A DNA stretch of 64,000 nt from Halocafeteria seosinensis (taxonomy: Eukaryota), in contig LVLI01000277.1 of the NCBI GenBank assembly GCA_001687465.1, positions 1 through 64,000 on the forward strand, given 5' to 3'. Numbering within the stretch: position 1 is the stretch's first letter; each line of letters opens with the position of its first letter. Below the pieces are notes generated by a model that was not told where the DNA came from, ran no database searches, and worked only from the letters and a program-made list of their open reading frames with translations. Shown piece by piece: positions 50,401-60,751 of the stretch. The translations under genes were made by a program, and so were the position numbers.

Positions 50401-51708
50401 CGAGTGGATGGGGCACCGGATGATGCTATTAAGAACAAAGTCTTCAAGTTTGTTAATACTTCGACCCAGGGAGAATTCTGTTTTGCTGACTCTGAAGTAC
50501 CTTTTGAGCGGGGCGAATATCAGGCAGTCTACGTAAGGGGAGAAACTGGTCCCGGCATCTGGACTGCTATTGGCGTGAAGAACCAAGATCCTTCATCATA
50601 TATCCATACTAAACACTCTCTAGACCCCCGAGATGATGATTCCCCGAGACAGCAAGTTGCTTCACTTTATGATGTTATTGCCCGTAGCAAGGAAACGTTT
50701 AAGATTGAAACAGATCCTAATGGAAGGGCTTGTGCAATACAGGAACCCAGAAGTCACACTTCTGTGCACATTGACTTGAGGGGTACCCATTGCTCTAAGG
50801 ATGCCTCTGCGACAAGTGATGGAGCTAGTAGTAAAGGCGATGTATTGACTAGCTCATCCGCTGGTGTAGAAGTTTCAGCGGGAATCGCGAAGAACTCAAC
50901 TGGCGCTGAAGGTACGGCGAGTGATAGTAACGTCACTACGTGCACCTCACAGCACGGTAGTGCATCGCTACGGCCGATTTCTGCGGCAACCGGGATTGCG
51001 TCTGAAAATGGGAAGGATCTTAAGCAGACAGATATTGCTAGAAACCGAACCTCGTCGAGGCACAATGGTTCGAAGAGAACCAACCATGTAGGAGACCGTA
51101 CACAAACCTCTTTGAACGCCACTACAAAGGGGAGCTCTTCAGGAAATGCTATAGGGGGTGGGGTCGAGGCCTCAGTCAACGAGAATGGAACCGAATCTTC
51201 TAGCGTCACAAATGAGGGTAGCTCAATGAAGGAGCCGGCAACGACTTCAATCCCACTTCAGCGGAAACCCGAGAGTCTTTTGTCTGCTATTCAGAAACAG
51301 GGAGGGAAACCAGCTCGTAATGCTTCCTCAAATACAGTATTAAAGGCTCGAGGAGTTGGAGATGGCAGTGGTGGTGCAAAGGCCCCGGGCTTCTTGAGCG
51401 ATATTATGAAGCAAGGAGGGCAACCTGTGAAAGCCCGTGGACAATCTTCGAGCAAGGAAGGGAAACAGAATGAAGGCACCCGCCCTTCGCGAGCTCCAAG
51501 TTTATTGGACCAAATACAACAGAGTAGGGGAAAGCCGTCTCAGTTAAACTCACAGAAAAAACGCTTATCGGGAGACATAAGTTCCTCCCAAAAGAGTTCG
51601 CAGCAGAAAGGACCTCCAAAGAAGGGCCCATTTCAGTCCATATTGGAACGGCGAAAGCATATACAACCGGAATCCGAGTCCGAGGATGATAGCTCTGATA
51701 ATAACTGA
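47407..51708 (+). CDS. Membrane-anchored protein with six SKICH/Ig-like repeats and C-terminal WH2-like/central/acidic tail
   Basis: Intronless 1433-aa ORF; TM at aa about 37-55; repeats ending PGxYxxxY...VxGPxL; DWIALC motif; tail LLSAIQ/FLSDIM/LLDQIQ then ILERRKHI..SESEDD. Confidence 0.7.
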   Translation: MHYLLCRLDAVLTVSEVVNHLKEFGQWIGEPPLREVTICAVVAVVTLAVGVAMFQGTLSFGRTDNTNSAENEDPFPEFSNQGPWWRRLISKFHRPWRTVEMGLGWDRGDDDSIFVGGEIFVDVTAPNGHTSQDEVQVVRLEADGDNSNCTLQGQVLTVVSRWAWSAESETQQSFRTSALDEVGTYFVRYVVFPDGRPDNDIPVIKEGTREAGYTLESLGPVLVRSPELAISKAASLRWAESVEVDVKTLSNHHEDDAVELESLGHSYTETPQRYDGPVGESVSTKKMPFPDKKEQHGQHSFQAKLAFTGKDAPQSPGNYRFLYRSGRSGKVWSASKIFRVHGPSLDAVAPDTGATLTASNPRCDMPECGHGVLSWGAPLTVTCISSQHHGSNDSIILRRGPCLPTRNRNKPLMYPVTPLEWFAGGKNVAGELSEEEENALLQARDTDQEVQLPTGKSHVRFKFGTASKRKEEDGYAVVHKRGGGCRQPGFYYVLYVSSQTRHEESWFGQNPPKKIMGCIGPIVVTGPELYPCGHSMSTVPSTTKSSVDAMVCSYYESIIPQPFSPLMLRHNDESNGLENRHVWWGSDITAFCLWSKFRHSRQDRISLQRIAELPVNEVGSLVGGQRSLDRKETLEYCTAKFLGKTTTAGCDISGLGLRDEAGKLLSQVTPLEKHGALTTVSSVNYASNGFGSSSYDQKVKARVFPHMESASSASISCETSAIVPFHREKAPSLSGVYRFVYELHDPEERWDTMYFGSAPFLVRGPEMSLGETKDEDDDSLDVSEEVDLSTFWGEAVPVGVQASPFRSPSVKDYIALVPVIRSGPESNPYRSVGNVQFSNYGTPINVNDKASSFPVAVSVPDPPGRTDDGASCALQVLQRVFFEGSRAPPRPGLWQLVYYASPTNGFTNIPQKILDGQVLRVRGPSLRLSVVPHTFSPTKSESTWFRWGKSEDEVNDEVARKVAAAYEDSAPIVSVPPKVKVSFNTSPTHNQADWIALCRVDGAPDDAIKNKVFKFVNTSTQGEFCFADSEVPFERGEYQAVYVRGETGPGIWTAIGVKNQDPSSYIHTKHSLDPRDDDSPRQQVASLYDVIARSKETFKIETDPNGRACAIQEPRSHTSVHIDLRGTHCSKDASATSDGASSKGDVLTSSSAGVEVSAGIAKNSTGAEGTASDSNVTTCTSQHGSASLRPISAATGIASENGKDLKQTDIARNRTSSRHNGSKRTNHVGDRTQTSLNATTKGSSSGNAIGGGVEASVNENGTESSSVTNEGSSMKEPATTSIPLQRKPESLLSAIQKQGGKPARNASSNTVLKARGVGDGSGGAKAPGFLSDIMKQGGQPVKARGQSSSKEGKQNEGTRPSRAPSLLDQIQQSRGKPSQLNSQKKRLSGDISSSQKSSQQKGPPKKGPFQSILERRKHIQPESESEDDSSDNN

Positions 51709-51877
51709 AGCAGCAGCACCACAACTATGACTTTCTGCAATTGTGTTCATTAGATGAGAGTCGATTGCGGCTATTGTATACCGTGCTCACCCGAAGTAAG
51801 GAATACCTACATCTGGTGACTACACTCCATATCAATCAACTTTATTCCCTAGCCACTATGCTCACGATGTTGTTCGT

Positions 51878-54769
51878 TTAATTTTCATCGTCTTCGTCGT
51901 CGTCAGCATCGTCTTCGTCATCAGGTGTTTCATCATCCAAATTGTCATCTGTCAGTAACTCCATTAGATCATCATCATCTTCGCTGTACGCTTGAAGGTT
52001 GTCGCTAGTGGAATTCGTTAAGTTAAGGGCGGCATCAACTTCCTCTGCAAGTGGGACCTGAATATTCATGTCTAATTCATCCTCGTCGGAAGTTTCTGCC
52101 TCTTCATCCGCGGAAGCACTCGAAAATAATTCCCCCGCAATATCCTTGGGTGTTATATGCCTACCCTCAGTATTTCCAACACTGTCCGAAGAAGAGGAAG
52201 AGTTCCTATCCTGGAAAATCTGAGAAATCCATTCAGATACATCAATGTCACTACCCAAAGAATGCCCGAGCCTCCAAGCGGCAGCGACTATACCCGTTTC
52301 GTAATGACCACTAGTCACGCGACTCCGTTGAGATGGGACGGCAAACCTTTCTCTCGAGTCTATGAAACCAAGCTCTTCCCAGATACTCATTCTGTCCGGC
52401 AATGACGTATCTAGTCTCCATTGCTGCATCTGTGCCTTCTGCACAGTAATGTTACGCACTGCTAATAAATTTGCTTGTAATGCTTGTGCAGCAGGATCTA
52501 GAACCCCCAAACCAGCGTTTAAGAGTTGATCTCGCGGTGGTAACGGTAAAGCCATTGCGGCTTTCGAAGGTTTTGCCATCTTGGTTTGCTTCCCTTCATC
52601 CGGGTCCTCCTCTGAGTTTCTATACGTCCTCATTGAATTATAAAATCGACTAATATCTATTTGGGGAAACTCCTCAAGGCGTTGATCAAGGGACGTTTTT
52701 GAGTATCTGTCTTCAAGTTCTTCTTTAGAAAACCGAATGCGCTTCCGGGACAACTGTTCTCCTCGAAACGCATCTTCAGGAGCACGCCAGTTTTCAGGTA
52801 GGTTCTCGCGACTAAGAAACCCAGCAATCGAGTAATGTCCATTTTTGATTGCTTTCATAATGGCAGTCTCTCCATCGACGTCAATATGACCTTCTGGCAC
52901 GCCACTCTTCACCAGAAGACGAACAATACTCCGGTATCCTTTGGCGGCGGCAATATGTAAAGCTGTCTGGTTATCGAATGTTGTTAGTTGCACGAGAGGC
53001 TCATGCGAACTTAAAAGCAATCCAATCAACTCAGCGTGATTATTTTCCGCTGCAACATACAGCGCAAACCTGCCCCTTGCTCGTTCTTGTACGTTGACAT
53101 CTTGGCCTAGAGCTAATCGTAATTCAACCTCGGTAGTATCGCCACGCGCTACGGCATCAAGCCACATCGTGGTGTCGTGCTCGATACGTGGAAGTGTAGC
53201 GGACCCTTCCGGTGGTTGTTTCGGCATCGATAGGGTGAGGCGACGGATGACGTCACCAATTCTATCAGCTTCCTCTGCATCCTCATGCTGTATTTTTTCT
53301 TTCAAACGATCAATTTGTCTTTTCTTCAGAAAGTATAATATTCGCGGCATTGGCAGAATTGACCCATTAGATAACACCCTGCAGAAATGACAGATACGCG
53401 CCGTATACGTAGTTGTCGAGTATTCGTCGAGGTGACTACGCTCTTCTGATTCTTCCTTGCGTTCCGGTGGATATAGCACCTTCAGAACTTCTTCATTGGA
53501 GGTTGTGCGCTGACAAACAACTGTTGACCGTGGAACACAGTCAGAACACATAACCAACCCACACGTGCGACAGTGATGCTTCCTTACAAGGAGGGAAAAA
53601 CCGGTTCCGCAAGAATGACATTCGCGAACATTCTTCGTAGCGTACCAAAGAGGGCTCGATTTGTCCAGTAAAGAGAGAGGGTTAGATACCAAGCAAGATT
53701 CCGCTATCTGGTACTTGCTGTGGGTTTCCAGCGAGCTAGCCACGCTGTAGTCCTTCTGCTCCTTGGCATTTGTAACATCTACGGCACTGCACTGCTGAGC
53801 ATACCGCCTCAGCGTGTAGTCCTCGTAGGGAACGGTCGAGACTGCTTCATCACTTCCACGTTCTTTGTCGACAACCGGAGACTCCCGCAGTAAGCGTGCG
53901 CGCTGACGTTTCCGAGCTCTTCGAGCTCTGGCTGTGGCACGGCGAGCAGCGACTGAGAATCGCGGGAGTTGCTCCTTAGTGCCTTTCCTAACATCTGAGC
54001 TTTCGGAAGGGATTGATTCGACCTTAGTGCTTCCATCCAACTTGTCAGTCTTGGTATCTGCAGCTGAGCTCTGAGTCCCGCTTTGGGGTGTGTCGCTGTC
54101 CTGAGACGAGGAGCTCCCGCAAGAAACCGCTTCTGTACGTTGTTTACTACTCGGCGGCATACTTTGCAGCCTTGTCATTAATCCGCGTCGTAGCTTGTCT
54201 CCACTTCTCGCAGTAAGTGATGGTACAAGGTAGGGTGATTTAGGTGTGTTCCTGGATCTGTTCTCTGGTGTTTTGCTTTTTGTCGATTGCTGCTGTTTCT
54301 GTCGTGCTGGTCCATCTAAAGTGTGCGTCCTAGCTCTGTCCGGTACTGTATCCGCCGTGGCAGCCCGTATACGTCCTGTAGCTTCTGTTGCTGCTGCTGT
54401 AGTGTTTCGGCCAGTCTCCTGTTTGTCTGGAGGTGCTGGTTCCAGTCCGCCAGCCCCTTTACTACTGTGTGCGTACTGAAGGAATTCACGCTGAAGAGAT
54501 GAAATATCACTAGAGCTCTTACTCCTGCCTCCCCATGTTCCCATTCCCACTTGCAGTTCGAACAAAGAGGAGCTATCCGGCATCACTTTACCGAGTTTGT
54601 GCAAGTATCGCGACCGCAAGTAATGCGATGATCTCCCTACTGTGTGATAGCCTCGCCTCGGAGGCACCGGAGGGGTAGATGGCGAGACCACAGCAGCATT
54701 CGAAGAGTGCTGCTGCTTCTGTTGATCGTCCATGGCCCCTGAAGTGGAAGAATTCGACGCACTGAGCAT
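51878..54769 (-). CDS. FYVE zinc finger plus ankyrin repeat protein
   Basis: CHSCGTGFSLLVRKHHCRTCGLVMCSDC...RICHFC; ankyrin motifs ALYVAAENNH, TALHIAAAKG, TAIMKAIKNGH; acidic tail. Confidence 0.85.
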   Translation of the reverse strand: MLSASNSSTSGAMDDQQKQQHSSNAAVVSPSTPPVPPRRGYHTVGRSSHYLRSRYLHKLGKVMPDSSSLFELQVGMGTWGGRSKSSSDISSLQREFLQYAHSSKGAGGLEPAPPDKQETGRNTTAAATEATGRIRAATADTVPDRARTHTLDGPARQKQQQSTKSKTPENRSRNTPKSPYLVPSLTARSGDKLRRGLMTRLQSMPPSSKQRTEAVSCGSSSSQDSDTPQSGTQSSAADTKTDKLDGSTKVESIPSESSDVRKGTKEQLPRFSVAARRATARARRARKRQRARLLRESPVVDKERGSDEAVSTVPYEDYTLRRYAQQCSAVDVTNAKEQKDYSVASSLETHSKYQIAESCLVSNPLSLLDKSSPLWYATKNVRECHSCGTGFSLLVRKHHCRTCGLVMCSDCVPRSTVVCQRTTSNEEVLKVLYPPERKEESEERSHLDEYSTTTYTARICHFCRVLSNGSILPMPRILYFLKKRQIDRLKEKIQHEDAEEADRIGDVIRRLTLSMPKQPPEGSATLPRIEHDTTMWLDAVARGDTTEVELRLALGQDVNVQERARGRFALYVAAENNHAELIGLLLSSHEPLVQLTTFDNQTALHIAAAKGYRSIVRLLVKSGVPEGHIDVDGETAIMKAIKNGHYSIAGFLSRENLPENWRAPEDAFRGEQLSRKRIRFSKEELEDRYSKTSLDQRLEEFPQIDISRFYNSMRTYRNSEEDPDEGKQTKMAKPSKAAMALPLPPRDQLLNAGLGVLDPAAQALQANLLAVRNITVQKAQMQQWRLDTSLPDRMSIWEELGFIDSRERFAVPSQRSRVTSGHYETGIVAAAWRLGHSLGSDIDVSEWISQIFQDRNSSSSSDSVGNTEGRHITPKDIAGELFSSASADEEAETSDEDELDMNIQVPLAEEVDAALNLTNSTSDNLQAYSEDDDDLMELLTDDNLDDETPDDEDDADDDEDDEN

Positions 54770-54861
54770 GTCATTCGACGGTACAGGTTTTCAGGTTCAT
54801 TCACTGCTACACGGTAGTTGTTTGTGAGAGCGCATGTGTGTAGATGGTTCGTTAATTCAAA

Positions 54862-55138
54862 CTGAATAAGGGAAAGAAAAAGGTCAATATTAACCGACAA
54901 AATACTGTAATATAGCCTTTTGTGGATGCCGGCAAACTCTGTGAAGCAGCACTGGAATCGGTACTTCCGAACTTCGGAGGTAGCGAGCCCACCGTACCCA
55001 CTCGGGAGGAACGCGCTCTGAAAGGATACGTGTGAAGAACCTCATACTCACAAAGAGTCCGAGTGTTGGTGAGATAATACTGCACCACTTTGGGCATTTA
55101 CACGTATTCAGAATGAATGTTTTCATCCCCTTATTCAG
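54862..55138. mobile_element. Putative MITE / non-autonomous TIR element (277 bp)
   Basis: Left end CTGAATAAGGGAAAGAAAA vs reverse complement of right end CTGAATAAGGGGATGAAAA (17/19 match); flanked by AA and TA. Confidence 0.45.
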
Positions 55139-55459
55139 TAACGCAGTGGCGTGTGTTAAATGATGGTTAACTCCAAATTTTATACATATATATGCGTATT
55201 ATCTGTTAACTGTTTGTGGTGCATGTCTTTCAGGGGTACCAGAGCATCACACACGAAAAGAACACTGATATTCATTGGATATTTCCAGAAGTGGTACCAG
55301 GTACGAAATGTACCACTCATCATGACTCATTGTACAACGACTTCACCTTCTTACTGATTTCGAGAAGAATTGAAAATGTTCTAAGTGAATGCTGGGCACC
55401 TAGCTATAAGATAGACTTTGAGAGCAAGCACCCGTCCCAGCTCGGTATACAGTAAACGA

Positions 55460-56863
55460 TTACTCCCGTTTCTTTACAACAACAACTCGGGAAAAGTACA
55501 CGTTGTTCACTACTTCAGGCGTCGCCTCGTTACCGGTAAACTCGGATCCCATTTGATGGGATTTGCCCAAAGCTTTACCATAGCTTCCTCCACAGTGGTA
55601 TATCGGCAGACGCTGCGGATTAGGGGGCTTCTTCAGAGTTGCACCAACCAAATAGTTCCAATCATCGGGATCACAGCGGAACGCTTGTACATGTTTACTG
55701 CTTTCTGCGCAAGCGTCCAACCACGCTTCTTCGTGATGCTTCAGCACGACGTTATGAATTTCGAAGTCCACAAGTGATTGACCATTTAAATTCTTGATAA
55801 CCGACAACAAGGGTTGGTCGATTCCTTTCTCGTCAGTTTCAAAGATAGAATATTGATGTCCCATCAAGATTCCGAATTCATCATGCAAGTCTAGTAGACT
55901 CTTCACAGCCTTCATGAGCAGTTCGAATTGGCCATTGGTAACCATTTGGTATGTATTCGGAACAGTATTCTCCCAGTCCTCTCCTTTCATAATATAAAAG
56001 GACAAGCTTACTCGTCGGCCCTCTTTAACAGGCTCGATGGAATGAGGGACATCGGCATAAAAGGCAACGGAAGTTTGGCAATCGTGTTCACTTGGGACAA
56101 GAGGGTGCTCTATTTGGACTCCGTTGCCCAGTCGGAATTCCCCTCCACGGTATCGAAACTGGTTGAGGATAACGACCAGGGTACCTACCACATCCTTAGC
56201 AGGATGGTCGACGTGACGGGCAAAAAAACCACCTTCCTCATAGATATTCAGTTTGTTCAGCTTTAGTTGCGTCGGTTTTCCGTCAAACAATGTTTTTTGA
56301 ACCTGTCTACGACCGAGGGTGTCCCATAAGCTGTTAATATCGTCGATTTCCAGCCCAGAGCCTTCCTCATTCGGTATTTTTGCTGGTATTTCCAAGGCTT
56401 TTCGAACAGAATGGTCAATTTTCGTCGACCCGTCCAACATATCTCCGAAGGTACTTTCTGTTGCTTCCTTGACAAGATCTTCAACATTCCATTCGCCAAC
56501 AGGTTTCCCTTTCAGGAGAACACGTTTCAGTTGCTGTACCGCCCCTTTTTCATGAATATGGTAATAAGATGGCTTACAGGCCTGATTTAGAAGCTCACGT
56601 GGAATTCCGGCTTCGTCCTCAGAGTCACTTTCGCGGTACCCCTCGTAGTATTCTTTGTCTGACCATTCGATCAATTTCAACGAGTTGGCAACATTTCCCA
56701 TAAAAAAATAATGGCTAATCTCTGCTTTCAGTATTTTTCGGACTCTCACTGCCGATCTTACAGTTCCTTCGAAAGACTGTATCGATCGGTCTTTGGCCCA
56801 TTGATGAAAAACGTCGGCTGGGGACTCTAGCTCTTTGGATATATTATCGCTCCGAGTTGCCAT
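55460..56863 (-). CDS. 2OG-Fe(II) oxygenase superfamily protein (intronless)
   Basis: KLNIYEEGGFFARHVD (HxD), GTLVVIL..YRGGEF, AFYADVPHSIEPVKEGRRVSLSF (distal His and 2OG-binding Arg). Confidence 0.88.
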   Translation of the reverse strand: MATRSDNISKELESPADVFHQWAKDRSIQSFEGTVRSAVRVRKILKAEISHYFFMGNVANSLKLIEWSDKEYYEGYRESDSEDEAGIPRELLNQACKPSYYHIHEKGAVQQLKRVLLKGKPVGEWNVEDLVKEATESTFGDMLDGSTKIDHSVRKALEIPAKIPNEEGSGLEIDDINSLWDTLGRRQVQKTLFDGKPTQLKLNKLNIYEEGGFFARHVDHPAKDVVGTLVVILNQFRYRGGEFRLGNGVQIEHPLVPSEHDCQTSVAFYADVPHSIEPVKEGRRVSLSFYIMKGEDWENTVPNTYQMVTNGQFELLMKAVKSLLDLHDEFGILMGHQYSIFETDEKGIDQPLLSVIKNLNGQSLVDFEIHNVVLKHHEEAWLDACAESSKHVQAFRCDPDDWNYLVGATLKKPPNPQRLPIYHCGGSYGKALGKSHQMGSEFTGNEATPEVVNNVYFSRVVVVKKRE

Positions 56864-57451
56864 TTTCGCGTTGATTGCAGTATCCACTGGATCACACTGG
56901 TGCACCTACTGACGATGATATTGTCCCGCAGACAGGAATTGACTAGTCCCAAAACTTAATGGGTTTTCGTTGATAACAAGTCCTACAGAAGAGTACTTTT
57001 GTATGGTGTTCAACTGTTCCCTAACTTTCTGTGTTAGGAGTCAGAAGTTTTTTTCCGGATACTCTGAAGTGCAACGTTTACCGACACTGAAAACTGAGTC
57101 GATACATGGAATCTACGATGTATGTGAAATTTTCCACTCTTCAATACATAAGCTATAATCGATACGGGGATTCGCATGATCAGTTTGAGGGCTTGATCGG
57201 CCGTCAACACTCGGCTAGAGAGAAACCATTACTGGTGTATCAAACTTTTGAACAGCAAACTCTTGTGGACCCAGCATTACGAAGAAACACAAGATGTAGA
57301 TTGTACGGAACAAAGCAAAGTGTATACAATTGTTCCGATGTGTCTCCGATGATTGGAACTGCAGGAAGTGGCTCTGTGTTATTGCACCTGATAGACATCT
57401 TTAGTCCACATGTGTGTGTGTGCTGGTTTGTGAGAGTCTAACGAGACATGA

Positions 57452-57454
<3 letters not shown>

Positions 57455-57506
<52 letters not shown>

Positions 57507-57542
57507 GAGAGAGAGAAAGAGAGAGAGAGAGAGATAGAGAGA
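57455..57542. repeat. (CA)24 microsatellite followed by imperfect (GA)n
   Basis: Directly visible. Confidence 0.98.
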
Positions 57543-57914
57543 TAGGCCACCGGTCAGGAAGCATAGCATCATCTTGCAATATTAATACTGGTACACACAG
57601 CGTTGGTGATTTTTTTCCCTCTTCCTCTCTTGTAAACTGTATAGTAGGTGTAAAGTATTTGTCGCACACTGCATGCCATTTCAGGGCTACCAGAGCACCA
57701 CACACACAGTGTGACACACTATGGACGAAAGCATAGACTGAAGTGGTACCAGGAACGTACAAGCATCACTGACCGTATGATATCAACCGTATAATGATGC
57801 CAACCTTCTTGCTGACCTGGATAAGCATTGCAAGTATTCCAGTCCCAAGTGAATGCTGGGCACCTGCCTACAAGAAAAAGAATTTGACAGCAAGCATCCG
57901 TATACAGTAAACGA

Positions 57915-59311
57915 TTACTTCCGTTTCTTTACAACAACAACTCGGGAAAAGTACACGTTGTTCAGGGACACAACTTCAGGCTCCGTCGTTACCAGTAAAC
58001 TCGGATCCGGCCAAAGCATTCCCAGAGCTTTCTCCACAGTGGTATATTGGGAGACGCTGCGGATTAGGGGGCTTCTTCAGAGTTGCACCAACCAAATAGT
58101 TCCAATCATCAAGATCACAGCGGAAGACTTCTACAGTTTTACTCCTGTCTTCACTATAATCCAGCATTGCTTCCTCGTGATGATTCAGCACAACGCTTTG
58201 TATTTCGGAGTCCACAAGTGATTTTCCGTTTAAATTCTTGATAACCGACAACAAGGGTTGGTCGATTCCTTTCTCGTCAGTTTCGTAGATAGAGTATTGA
58301 TGTCCCATCAAGATTCCGAATTCATCATGCATGTCTAGTAGACTCTTCACAGCCTTCGCGAGCAGTTCGAATTGGCCATTGGTAATCATTTGGTATGTAT
58401 TCGGAACAGTATTCTCCCAGTCCTCTCCTTTCATAATATAAAAGGACAAGCTTACTCGTCGACCCTCTTTAACAGGCTCGATGGAATGAGGGACATCGGC
58501 ATAAAAGGCAACGGAAGTTTGGCAATCGTCTTCACTTGGGACAAGAGGGTGCTCTATTTGGACTCCGTTGCCCAGTCGGAATTCCCCTCCACGGTATCGA
58601 AACTGGTTGAGGATAACGAACCACATCCTTAGCAGGATGGTCGACGTGACGGGCAAAAACCACCTTCTTCATAGATATTCAGTTTGTTCAGCTTTAGTTC
58701 CGTCGGTTTTCCGTCAAACAATGTTTTTTGAACCTGCCTACGCCCGAGGATGTCCCATAAGCCGTTAATATCGTCGATTTCCAGCCCAGGGCCTTCCTCA
58801 TTCGGTGTTTTTGCCGGTATTTCCAAGGCTTCCCGAACAGAATGGTCAATTTTCGTCGACCCTTCCAACATGTCTCCGAAGGTACTTTCTGTTGCTTCCT
58901 TGACAAGATCTTCAACATTCCATTCGCCAACAGGTTTCCCTTTCAGGAGAACACGTTTCAGTTGCTGTACCGCCCCTGTTTCATAAATATGGTAATAAGA
59001 TGGCTTACAGGCCTGATTTAGAAGCTCACGTGGAATTTCGGCTTCATTCGGAGCGTCTTCTTCATCCTCATAGCCTCTTTTTTAAGAGTATCCTTCAAGC
59101 AACTCCAACGTATTCAAAACACTTCCCATAAGAAATGTATTATTAATGTTTCCTTCCAGTAGGTTTCGGACTCTCACTGCCGAGTTTACAGTCCTTTCAA
59201 AAGATTGAATCGGTCTATCTTTGGCCCATTGATGAAAAACGTCGGGTGGAGAGTGTTGCCCTTGGGATATACTACTACCCTTCGCTTGGCTTGAGCTCCC
59301 GAAGTTGCCAT
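57915..59311 (-). pseudogene. Disrupted tandem paralog of the 2OG-Fe(II) oxygenase
   Basis: Aligns to 55460-56863 but has a 5' frameshift, an in-frame TAA near 59082, an A7-to-A5 homopolymer contraction near 58656, an 11-nt deletion near 58620 and indels near the 3' end. Confidence 0.85.
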
Positions 59312-59993
59312 TTTGGCGTTGATTGCAATACCTACTGCACGCACTGTTGCAAATATTGTGGGCGATTTCTTCCGAAGACTAAATTGACTAGTCGTTAAGA
59401 CTCTATGGGCCTTAGCGGGTAGCAAGTCCGATGTAAAATACTTTGTCGTGGTATTCAGTTTTAGAAGTGTCTTCACAGATGTTCACAATTTGCAGGAGTC
59501 AGAAGTTTTCTTTCCACTTTGAAGTATGATCACTGAAAGCATCCATTCCTCAATTTGGTATGAATGGCGTTCGCCATAGTGGCGCGAGTCCTTTATTTTA
59601 CAGTGCCGGCGTCCTGAAGCGCCTCAGTGGAAATTGGTCTCAGAATGCAGAAGCTGATAATCGACGGCCTTTGTAGTAGAAAAGTTTCTACTAGATGGTT
59701 GGGTTGTTGCCTGAACGGTGTAACCCTAAGCCTAAAACCACCAATGTCTCAAGAATATCCTCCGTCTCCGAAATGACTCCATCGATCGCACTGACGATGG
59801 TAATCGACCGTCGTTCCTACAGAACATATCGATTGTGATACAGGCAGTGGCTTCCGAATGCACAGCACTTAGTTTTGGCTTTAGGCATATCTTCTCCGTC
59901 CTCGCATAGCGCCACACAGGACCACAATATAATATTGTTGTCACGAATAACGCCAGGCTACTTGATAATAAACCAGAATCTGTCTTCTACAAC

Positions 59994-60751
59994 TCAAGGA
60001 GTAATGGATCGACTGAACTTGGAGGCGCTGCCGACAGCGCTGGTTCCCACTTCATCAGACCTTGAGCGTTTGGTACCACTATTCGGGACGGGACTGGATG
60101 CATCAGATTGTGAACTTAACTCGCGTTTTGATATATTGGGATGCTCGCGAAACTTCTTCGTGAACCTGGAGAAACAATGCGGGTGTAGGATGATAGCACC
60201 ACCAAGCTATAGAAATAGACCACACGTATAAACTTACTCTCCTTTCCTTGTTATCCTGCCACCTTTCCCAAGATACAACCAGGCACAGTTCTGATAAGCC
60301 TTTGTCATTCCACCCTTCATGTCGTATATGTTGCCGCTCTTTAAATCATCCCCTGGACCTCCAGCGTCTTTCCCAAAAACTGTGAGCCAACACGAAGCAG
60401 TTTCGTCAGCTACCAAGAACGTATGAAGAGTCCGACCATCCTTGGTTCTCGAGATTTCTGGATCTGCGAAACGCAGTAGCCCCCAGGCTGTGCTTAAACG
60501 ATGAATTCCAGTGCTCGACTATGACACCACATACGTTTTTCCAGTACTATAAAGTTCAGAGCCACACTCAATGTATCCGGTTTGAGGTCGAAAATTCTCA
60601 TATACCCTTGGCTCTGGACGTCACTCTGCTGGGGGCGCTGTTCAGCCGATGCATTCGGGTGGGGAATGGACAATTGAGCTGCGAGGGTGTTATGCGAGCC
60701 ACCATTGCTCTTTTGGGATGAGGAGGATACCGCCTGCATATCAGATGCCAT
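59994..60751 (-). CDS. SOSS complex subunit B (hSSB1/NABP-like OB-fold ssDNA-binding protein); 2 introns
   Basis: IFDLKP..LNFIVLEK, TKDGRTLHTFLVADETA, LYLGKGGRI..GEF...F.EHPNIS. Confidence 0.85.

Noticed and set aside
57454..57762. ORFs with CVCV/HTHT runs (also 63267-63604)
   Set aside because: Translations of microsatellites
59721..59740. TAACCCTAAGCCTAAAACC as telomere repeat or telomerase template
   Set aside because: Only about 1.5 exact units and no supporting structure; likely chance
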